NCBI RefSeq assembly: GCF_006345805.1
Contig: NW_021828216.1
Location: forward strand, 1 to 8,830
Length of the DNA: 8,830 nucleotides
Direction of reading: 5' to 3'
Source: Octopus sinensis
Taxonomy: Eukaryota
Both the position numbers and the translations under genes were made by a program. Of the stretch, positions 1 to 7,470 are shown in pieces. How positions within the stretch are numbered: the stretch's first letter is position 1; each line of letters starts with the position of its first letter. The notes under the pieces were generated by a model. The model ran no database searches. It was not told the origin of the DNA and worked only from the letters and a program-made list of their open reading frames with translations.

Positions 1-138
1 TTATAATTTAAACATAGTACAGAGTAGTTATAGTAAACGGGGAAAGTCTCCTACAGCTGTTTCGAGGATAGCTAAGCATGTTGATTTTATATTATCGAGT
101 AAAGATTTCCACGTCGGTTTGGTATTCCGTTATTGGAA

Positions 139-141
139 AGA

Positions 142-223
<82 letters not shown>
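139..223. repeat. (GA)n microsatellite
   Basis: About 40 AG units, nearly pure; explains the RE- and SL-repeat ORFs at 78-329. Confidence 0.98.
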
Positions 224-230
<7 letters not shown>

Positions 231-382
231 GAAAGAGAAATAAGGAATATCTTTAATCCAGAAGGAACGTCTAAAGTAAAAGATGATATTGGTTGTTAGA
301 TCCCCGGTTAAAAGATTTAGTAGGTCCATAGTGAAAGATGGGGTCTGTTAGCAAATCCGTTGTGTTGAAGTATCATTGAAGA

Positions 383-555
383 ATATACATATGTGTTTGT
401 GTTGTTCGTGTGTGTGTGTTTGTGTTGTGTGTGTGTGTGTACACACCCCACACACACACACACACCACACACACGCATACATATATATACCTACACACAT
501 GTGTGTGCATGTATATGTGTTTGTATGTATATGTGTAAAATATTTAATTCCCATG

Positions 556-589
<34 letters not shown>

Positions 590-657
590 CGTGTATGTGT
601 ATTTGTGTATATATATATATATATATGTAAAATATTCAACTCCTATGTATATATATA

Positions 658-700
<43 letters not shown>

Positions 701-701
701 A

Positions 702-748
<47 letters not shown>

Positions 749-812
749 GTATACATGTATGTATGCATATCTATATATATATGTGTGAGTGCATATATGT
801 GTGCGTATATAT
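383..812. repeat. Compound (TG)n/(CA)n/(TA)n microsatellite block
   Basis: Alternating purine-pyrimidine runs throughout; contains two copies of a non-simple core TGTAAAATATTyAAyTCCyATG at 534 and 626. Confidence 0.95.
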
Positions 813-987
813 AATTCTGCTGCACACAAGACGCTGCACGTAGTCTTAGAAGACAATTAAACACAGACCCATCAAAATACTTTTGTTATTTAACCGGCGA
901 ACGAACTGTTTGATCCTCATTATCAGCTGCTCAGCACAATCAACGATATTTTCCTCAGTGTAAGTGTACTTAGAGAAATATTATTTG

Positions 988-1050
988 TAGTGGTGATGGT
1001 GTGGGTAGTCGTGGTGGTGGTGGTGGAGGTGGTGTCGAGGAAGGTGTTGT
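988..1050. repeat. Degenerate (GGT)n trinucleotide repeat
   Basis: tggtgatggtgtgggtagtcgtggtggtggtggtggaggtggt. Confidence 0.8.
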
Positions 1051-1057
1051 CGGTATT

Positions 1058-1661
1058 GGCAGCGAGCTGGCAGAAACGTTAGCACGCCGGGCGAAATGCT
1101 TAGCGGTATTTCCTCTGTCTTTATGTTCTGAGTTCAAATTCCGCCGATCCCGACTTTGCCTTTCATCCTTTCGGGGTCGCTAAATTAAGTACCACTTACG
1201 CACTGGGGTCGATGTAATAGACTTAATACCTATGTCTGTCCTTGTTTGTCCCCTCTATGTTTAGCCCCTTGTGGGTAATAAACAAATAGGTATTTCGTCT
1301 GTCTTTACGTTCTGAGTTCAAATTCCGCCGAGGTCGACTTTGCCTTTCATCCTTTCGGGGTCGATAAATTAAGTACCAGTTACGCACTGGGTCGATGTAA
1401 TCGACTTAATACCTATGTCTGTCCTTGCTTGTCCCCTCTATGTTTAGCCCCTTGTGGGTAATAAAGAAATAGGTATTTCGTCTGTCTTTACGTTCTGAGT
1501 TCAAATTCCGCCGAGGTCGACTTTGCCTTTCATCCTTTCGGGGTCGATAAATTAAGTACCAGTTACGCACTGGGGTCGATGTAATCGACTTAATACCTAT
1601 GTCTGTCCTTGTTTGTCCCCTCTGTGTTTAGCCCCTTGTGGGTAGTAAAGAAATAGGTATT
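1058..1661 (+). mobile_element. tRNA-derived SINE (family A) with three tandem ~184-bp units
   Basis: Head GGCAGCGAGCTGGCAGAAACG (A-box-like) and B-box GAGTTCAAATTCC. Units start at GGTATT at 1105, 1289 and 1472, with a fourth GGTATT at 1656 (periods 184/183/184). The core GCCTTTCATCCTTTCGGGGTCGATAAATTAAGTACC resembles the MetaSINE central domain (from memory). Each unit ends GCCCCTTGTGGGTArTAAAsAAATAG. Confidence 0.88.
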
Positions 1662-1845
1662 GGCGTGTTGCTAGTGATTTTGGTCTTCCTTCCTCCTGGC
1701 ACCATCGCGCAAATGCTTGTTTCCCAAATCTTTCTACCACGAATCACCTCCCCTCCAGAATTCCTTTTCAATCCAGTTTCTTCTTCCTGCTGGCGTTGAC
1801 TTCCAAGATGTCCTGATCGAGAGTCTCCCAGATTAGGGAGACTCC

Positions 1846-2108
1846 ATTTGAAGGTCAAGAACACTTTCTCTTTCAAAGTCAAAGAGATTGTATCATTGAA
1901 AGTCAAGGTCGTTGTTCATTCGGAGATCAAGAATGTTGTCCATTTGAAGGTCTCGTGCGTTGCCCATTTACAGGCAATGAAATATTGTCTCTTTGAAGGT
2001 CAAGGTTATTATTTATTCGAAGGTCGTGGACGGGACTCATTTGAGGGTTAAGGACCAACAAATTCGAAAGTCATGGACGTTTTCGTTGTAAAGGTCACGG
2101 ACGTTTCC
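1846..2108 (+). repeat. Degenerate 24-bp tandem array, 11 units, core ATTTGAAGGTCA
   Basis: Unit starts at 1846, 1870, 1894, 1918, 1942, 1966, 1991, 2015, 2039, 2062 and 2086; the first 12 bp are conserved and the second 12 bp variable. Confidence 0.85.
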
Positions 2109-2109
2109 T

Positions 2110-2270
2110 GCGTGGTTGTGTGGTAAGAATCTTGCTTCCCAACCAAATGGTTCTGGGTTCAGTCCACCTTGGGAAATCTCTCCTACTATAGCTTCGGGCC
2201 GAGCAAAGCCATGTGAGTGGATTTGGTAGACGGAAACTGAAAGAAACCCTTTGTATATACGTGTGTGTAT
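2110..2270 (+). mobile_element. tRNA-derived SINE (family B), 5' half
   Basis: CGTGGTTGTGTGGTAAG (A-box-like) and GGGTTCAGTCC (B-box), then CCTTGGG...CTATAGC...GGGCCGA...GTGAG. Matches the reverse complement of 7739-7860 and ends in a TA/TG microsatellite. Confidence 0.85.
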
Positions 2271-3490
2271 ATGGTAGGTAATCCATCGGTGTCCGATGAC
2301 GACAGAGTCTGTGTTCTCAGCGATGAGGGTGCATGTGACTCCATAGTCTAAAGCTGGAACCGCACAGGCGCCTACAGATGCTACAGCGATAGTTTGTTAA
2401 TCGGACTGAAGCGGATGCTGCTCTGTGATGTCTTTCTCTTGCAACATCGAGACGCCTTCACCAGTCCTCTTCGAAGGCCGCTGCCGCTCCTGAGATGAGA
2501 AACCTCCACGCTGAACTATCCGCGGCAGAGCCTTCGAGTTCGCGTGGTCCAATGCCGCGCCATTCCAGGTTACTTTTCAGAGTGTCTTTCTACCTCAGTT
2601 TAGGTTTACTCGTTTAGGTTTTGGTCTTCCTTCCTCCTGGCACCATCACGCAAATGATTGTTTTCCAAATCTTTCTACCACGAACTACCACCCCTCCAGA
2701 ATTCCTTTTCAATCTAGTTTCTTCTTCCTGCTGGCGTTGACTTCCAGGATGTCCTGATCGAGAGTCTCCCAGATTAGAGAGACTCCATTTGAAGGTCAAG
2801 AACACTTTCTCTTTCAAAGTCAAAGTTTAGGTTTACTCGTTCACGTGAGCCCTACGTGAGCTCGCTGTACAACAGCTGTCTGGGTTCACGGGTTTTAAGG
2901 CATTCTGATAACATGGCCAGTCCAGCGTAACTGAGCCTGCAGCAATATTGACTCAATGCTTGTTGAACAGGCTCTGTCCAGTAGCTTTTGGTCTGTCACA
3001 CTGTCCTTCCAGCGATTGCTCATGATCTTGCGCTGTGCCTGTGTGTGAAATTGTTCAAGGTGTTTGATGTACCTGTGCATGGGGCCCCTGTTTGACATCC
3101 ATAGAGTAGTGTAGAAACGACTACAGCCTTGGGCTTTGTCGGTAGTCTGAAGCCTTTCTGCTGGAGGAGTTTCACTTTCAGTGTTCCAAGTGCTTGGCTG
3201 GCCTTGTGGATTCTGGATAATATTTCGCTGTCCAATGATCCATCAGCTGAAATTGCGCTGCCAAGGTACCTGATATTCTCCACACACTTAAGTTGGACTC
3301 CCTCAATGGTGTTGTTTGACTGGGGCCAAATTATTTGGAGCTGATTGGGCTAGGGCCTCCGTTTTCTCAAGGCTAATGATCAGTCCAAAGAGCCTTGATA
3401 GTTCTGAAAAGCGATCAACAACGACCAGCAGGTAATTTTCTTTGTGTACCTTCAAGGGTACAATCATCTGCAAATACGACTTCAAATGGT
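2271..3490 (-). mobile_element. 5'-truncated, decayed RTE-clade (BovB-like) non-LTR retrotransposon: RT C-terminal half to 3' end
   Basis: Minus-strand translation across frameshifts gives FADD (3463-3474), LFGLIISLEKTE, RYLGS, STLLYG, QLRWTGHVIRM, RQLLYSEL, KDTLKSNL and a terminal CSICRRLCGSSFRLWSHMHPHR* Zn-finger-like motif, followed by a short 3' UTR. Several stops and frameshifts. Candidate TSD GTGTGTGTAT at 2261-2270 and 3491-3500. Confidence 0.92.
2615..2825 (+). repeat. Local duplicate of 1678-1884 inserted in the RTE element
   Basis: 2619-2825 matches 1678-1884 with 9 substitutions in 207 bp by manual count and no indels; flanked by AGTTTAGGTTTACTCGTT at 2597-2614 and 2824-2841. Confidence 0.93.
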
Positions 3491-3740
3491 GTGTGTGTAT
3501 GTGTGTGTGCACGCGCCTATATTTGTCCTCCAGCACCACATGACAACCGATTTTGGCTTGTTTACGTCTCGTGGCCTTGCGGTTCGGCAAAAAGAGACCG
3601 ATAGAATAAGTAGGCAGGATATATAAAAAAAACCCCCAAAATACTGGGGTTCGATTCATTCGACTAAAAAAAAAAAAAAATTCTTCAGGGCGGTGCCCCA
3701 GCATGGCCGCAGTCTAATGACTGAAACAAGTAAATAAGTA
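3491..3740 (+). mobile_element. SINE family B, 3' half
   Basis: (TG)n, then TTTGTC...TGACAACCGAT...GCGGTTCGGCAAAAAGAGACCGATAGAATAAGTA...GGTGCCCCAGCATGGCCGCAGTCTAATGACTGAAACAAGTAAA; colinear with the reverse complement of 7485-7670. Confidence 0.87.
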
Positions 3741-3999
3741 CAAGATAGATGATTTGCTACTTTCTTGTTTGTCGTTTCCCACGAAAATATGAAAGGCAAA
3801 GTTGATCGCGAAACCACAACATTGGTAAAAAACAAAAACAAAAAAAATAAATAAAAGTATTACAACGAATTGTAAATATCCAAAACACTTAAAATTCCTC
3901 ATTGAAAGCCGCTCTTTTTATCCCACTAAAGTATGGAGGAATGAGGGGGGGGGGGCAGAAAACACACACACACACACATGGAATCTAGAAAGAACTTAC

Positions 4000-4132
4000 C
4001 CACATGTCAAAGAGATTAGTTCGAAAGTCATTAATCCGAAAGCTTCTTGTGAAAGTGATTTAGTTCACAAGTTTCATAGTAAAACGATCTTCGAGCAAAC
4101 GCTGGCTCAAAGGCATTTAAGATTTTTGAAAT
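4000..4132 (-). other. Candidate internal spliceosomal exon (133 nt), probably UTR/non-coding or start-codon-containing
   Basis: On the minus strand: branch point TACTAAC (4169-4163), pyrimidine tract CTTTATTCTTCTACAG| acceptor at 4133, donor TGG|GTAAGT at 3999. All three frames contain a stop, and the exon ends ...GAC ATG TGG. Confidence 0.6.
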
Positions 4133-4223
4133 CTGTAGAAGAATAAAGTCGCGGCAGCAGCAGTTAGTACGTGGTCAATCTACGTAAGTAATGGAATTCT
4201 TACGAAAAGAACAGTAACAGCGT

Positions 4224-4226
<3 letters not shown>

Positions 4227-4259
<33 letters not shown>

Positions 4260-4330
4260 CCAGACTAGACAAAAAAAAAAAAAATGCGCAACTCCATTGT
4301 CTCCTGAGACAGAAAGGATGCCAATACAAT

Positions 4331-4364
<34 letters not shown>
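4227..4364. repeat. Two (TA)n microsatellites and a poly-A run
   Basis: (TA)n at about 4227-4255 and 4333-4364; A-run at 4271-4283. Confidence 0.9.
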
Positions 4365-4366
<2 letters not shown>

Positions 4367-4575
4367 TTTATTTCTAATATAAGATAAAAAGATCCCCCCC
4401 CCCAAAAAAAATTCCATCAAAGTGGCCAGCATATTAAAATACCTTTAAAGGTGAAAATTATAAACAATTATAATTTACCACACCATAGTGGGTTACATCA
4501 TGGTTCCTCTGCTTTGTGGAAGAAGTAGGAAGAAAGAGCGAAAGGAAGTCGTGGTGAAAGAGTACAGCGGGGTTC

Positions 4576-4849
4576 ACCTCGGCGGAATTTGAACTCAGAA
4601 CGTAACAACAGACGAAATACCTATTTCTTTATTACCCACAAGGGGATAAACATAGAGGGGACAAACAAGGACAGATAAAGATATTAAGTCGATTACATCA
4701 ACCCCAGTGCGTAACTGGTACTTAATTTATCGACCCCGAAAGGATGAAAGGCAAAGTCGACCTCGGCGGAATTTGAACTCAGAACGTAACGGCTGACGTA
4801 ACGGTAAGCATTTCGTCCAACGTGCTCATGTTTCTGTCAGCTCACCGCC
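4576..4849 (-). mobile_element. SINE family A, head plus one full unit plus the start of a second tandem unit
   Basis: Reverse complement reads GGCGGTGAGCTGACAGAAAC...GTTCTGAGTTCAAATTCCGCCGAGGTCGAC...GTGGGTAATAAAGAAATAG|GTATTTCGTCTG...GAGTTCAAATTCCGCCGAGGT, the same tail-to-mid-head junction as 1058-1661. Confidence 0.88.
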
Positions 4850-4870
4850 TTTCTTCTGCATCCTATTCTA

Positions 4871-4968
4871 CCGAGGTCAACTTTGCCTTTCATTCTTTCG
4901 GGGTCGATAGAATAAGTATCAACTTACTATCTCGAACATGCTGGCCTTGTGCTAAAATTTGAAACCAA
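4871..4968 (+). mobile_element. SINE fragment: family A core joined to a different 3' segment
   Basis: CCGAGGTCAACTTTGCCTTTCATTCTTTCGGGGTCGATAGAATAAGTA (44/48 match to the family A core), followed by GCTGGCCTTGTGCTAAAATTTGAAACC. Confidence 0.7.
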
Positions 4969-4989
4969 TATATATTAAAAACATCCGTT

Positions 4990-5408
4990 GGATCTTTTCA
5001 GTTTGAACGGCTTTTTTTTCTAGCAGTTTCATATGAAATTGTCACCCATAATTATGACCCTAGTATCGATCTATTGCATTTCAATCTGTTTTAGGGTTAG
5101 GGTTAGGGGTGGGGGGAAGGGTATTTTTTTCCTTCAGAAATGTAAATAAACCCAATCTGTTTCTTAAACGAGGGACATATTCATATGGCACAGAATGTTT
5201 TTTTTACCTCAAAAGGCGTCATTGATTGGTTGAAATTGCAGAAATTGAAGAAAAAAAACAACAAATATCTTACAAACTATAGAATTTTCTCAATAAATCC
5301 AAGAGAAAAAGATGTTTTATAAACACATTCTACCAGTATACGAAGTTAAAAAGTGTTTAGTTACGTGGAAATTATTTTGAAAAACTGCCTTTCAAACCGA
5401 AAAGATCC
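4990..5408. mobile_element. Non-autonomous DNA transposon (MITE) with ~28-bp terminal inverted repeats
   Basis: Left end GGATCTTTTCAGTTTGAACGGCTTTTTT; right-end reverse complement GGATCTTTTCGGTTTGAAAGGCAGTTTT. No ORF, internal (TTAGGG)3, and no clean TSD (CATCCGTT vs CATCACGC). Confidence 0.82.
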
Positions 5409-6131
5409 CATCACGCAAAGACTATTAATGCCACTCAAACATTTATTGTTTTTATTGTCTAAAAATTTCGTTGCTGGAATATTTTTATCCGTGATGTAGT
5501 TGCAACCTTGTCAGCGACCAAGTTTCGAGGAACTAAGTTTCGAGGAGCGAAAATTTCGACACCATGTAACAAACACTGAATGTTTAAGTGAAATTAATGG
5601 TATTTTGTGTTTCTGAATGGCTGATTTATGTCTTTTATTCTGCAATTGTTTTAGTTTCAGCACAGAGTCTCAGATCAAAGCACTTTCCTAACAAAGACAT
5701 TCCCGTAATTCCGTTAAATGGTTTTGCCGTCATCTCCAGCAAATCATTCCCAACTATGATATATCGGAAAGGATACGTTGGTTTATACATTCCTTGGTAT
5801 AGTACGACTATAAGAAAAGACGAGTTGGTCACAGTTGGAATGTCTTTGATTAAATATCTGCCAATTAACGTTAATTTGAGGTTAAATAACATTTATTAAA
5901 AAAATATTTAAAAAAATTTATAAACCGTGCAAGAGAAATAACTCTAGATAAATTCAAGGGAGATAATTTCTTACTAAGGGAAATGATCAAAATAGACAGT
6001 CCAAGGGAAGTAACCAAGTAAAGCAAAATGTCTAGGTGTGTCATCTGCGCTAAAACTTGCAGTTAAGTATGCAATTAAACAGTGAGTTTCTAACATACGG
6101 CTTGAAATTAGGGACTCCTCTGGAAAAAATG

Positions 6132-6243
6132 TATTTTATCAATGCTGATATGATGACAGACAAAGTCGAACACTGCGGTATCTGAACTTAAAGCGTAATG
6201 AGCAGGGATTTTTCCCCTACAACGTTAACGATTCTGCCACGCG
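6132..6243 (-). mobile_element. Highly decayed SINE family A-like 5' fragment
   Basis: TTTTATCAAT...CAAAGTCGAACACTGCGGTATCTGAACTTAAAGCGTAA...AACGATTCTGCCA aligns loosely to 4727-4842. Confidence 0.6.
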
Positions 6244-6257
6244 AGTATTACTCAGGA

Positions 6258-6572
6258 CTTAAATCCTTAAATCCTTAAAAAATGTTTTAGCCCGAAGGCC
6301 GCGGCCTTGCTGGGGCACCACTGCTGAATGAGCTACACTAATATGTGAATCCACCTCTGATACGTGGCACTTGGTCAACAAGGGAGTTCGATGCCGCTGC
6401 CCGCATCTGTGTCTCCTGTCGTGAGGTAGGTTCATCTGGGGACCCCCGACAAGAAGAGATCCAGTTTAGTTTTAAAGAAACCCACATCCACACCATGCGA
6501 GTCTCTCAGGCATTTTGGGAGGATGTTAAAGAGCTGTGGTCCTCTGAAACCCAAACTGTTGCAGTATCTGGA
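6258..6572 (-). mobile_element. 3' end of a CR1-like LINE (ORF2 C-terminus, short 3' UTR, 8-bp repeat tail)
   Basis: Minus-strand translation RYCNSLGFRGPQLFNILPKCLRDSHGVDVGFFKTKLDLFLSGVP/(frameshift)DEPTSRQETQMRAAASNSLVDQVPRIRGGFTY* (stop 6338-6340). The (W/F)NxLP...FKxxLD motif is typical of CR1/L2-group ORF2 termini. Tail is TAAGGATT twice plus a partial unit. Confidence 0.82.
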
Positions 6573-6904
6573 GGTCGATAGTGGCGCCCTCTCTCAAACT
6601 TATTCACAGTGATCTGGACTTCACGCCTATTTAACAATCTCTTTTTTTGCGGCTAACTTAATCGCTTTGAGGAAGAAGGATGGTGGCACACACTCCATAG
6701 TTGTGTGTAACATAACTCAGAAGATTCATGGTGGAATTCCTTTGCCGTCTTGTCGTCAGGGCCGTCTAAGCAACATTATACGCTTCCGCCCCTGGAGAAA
6801 TCAATTCATCAAACCTTATATGTTTATTGACGCTGTGACGATTCTGCTTGTTCGCCGCCTTAACAACAACGAAAAACTCTTTCTGATTTTGACATAACAT
6901 CTGA

Positions 6905-6992
6905 TGATTTGAAGGGAAGGGGCCAAGTCGATCATATCGCCCCAGAATTTGATTGACAAGTACTTTATTTTATTGACCTACAATGACGGAAA
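6905..6992 (-). mobile_element. Decayed SINE core fragment
   Basis: AAGTCGATCATATCGCCCCAG...GTACTTTATTTTATTGACC resembles 4686-4735. Confidence 0.5.
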
Positions 6993-7024
6993 CACTCTCC
7001 CCCCCAAACATTTAAGACAATACA

Positions 7025-7460
7025 ACGATAAGGGACTGCGGGGATTAACAGAAACTCGTGTAAACAAGAACAATTAACAAAAAAAGATTGATGGCATCAA
7101 ATTTCCGCCGAAGTGGAGAGTACCATCCAGGAGTAACCTGTGGGACGACGTCAGTAGCTGGGGAGCTGACTGGAACTTGGGGCTGACCGGAAGGGGCAGC
7201 AGTGACGCGTGCGCAGGTAGGGCAGGATTCTGCCTTTCGACCGAGGTCGCCGAGCGAGTAAGACGGATTCAGCACGTTGTTCTTACCAAGAGCACTACAA
7301 AGAGGCGGCCCTCTCCCATCAACTCCCTACAGCTTTCAGGTGCAAACTCAGAGTAGACTCACTTTTTCGGGCCATCCTCTCCGCATTTACGCATTTTGCA
7401 ACAAATTTGCTGAGGCACAGCACTTCCTTCTCCACCATCACCTTCTTTTTCAAGTAGAAT
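7025..7460 (-). mobile_element. Possible 3' fragment (ORF end and GC-rich 3' UTR) of an L1/Tx1-like LINE
   Basis: Abrupt GC-rich block. Minus-strand peptide FYLKKKVMVEKEVLCLSKFVAKCVNAERMARKSESTLSLHL resembles remembered C-termini of such elements; no catalytic motif is present. Confidence 0.35.
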
Positions 7461-7470
7461 GTATATATAT

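Noticed and set aside
38-135. Hammerhead ribozyme or Penelope-like terminus suggested by minus-strand CGAAACAGCTGTAG
   Set aside because: No matching CUGANGA core or consistent stems were found.
78-864. ORFs with RE, SL, CV, YI and HT repeats
   Set aside because: They are translations of dinucleotide microsatellites with no coding signal.
1058-1145. Functional tRNA genes in the SINE heads (also 2110-2166 and 7795-7865)
   Set aside because: A- and B-box-like motifs are present but there is no intact cloverleaf, and each continues directly into a SINE body.
1846-2108. CRISPR array or reflectin-type octapeptide gene
   Set aside because: The repeat half is only about 12 bp and degenerate, there are no cas genes, and the context is eukaryotic. 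The peptide has only a weak QGR resemblance and lacks the Met/Asp-rich reflectin motif.
2895-3704. Host protein-coding gene from the minus-strand ORFs
   Set aside because: They are frameshifted pieces of the decayed RTE reverse transcriptase, partly reading in from the flanking SINE.
4284-4575. Possible additional repeat fragments (near-palindrome TGTCTCCTGAGACA; purine-rich 4520-4575)
   Set aside because: They look repeat-like but have no second copy or diagnostic motif in this window, so they cannot be classified.
5588-5899. 103-aa plus-strand ORF with a hydrophobic N-terminus
   Set aside because: It has a GTG start, no recognisable domain or splice support, and a length within chance range.
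6620-6900. Exon or ORF (76 aa on +; TTTCTCCAG acceptor on -)
   Set aside because: The plus-strand ORF starts at TTG with no recognisable motif, and the minus-strand frames all stop soon after the acceptor with no clear donor.
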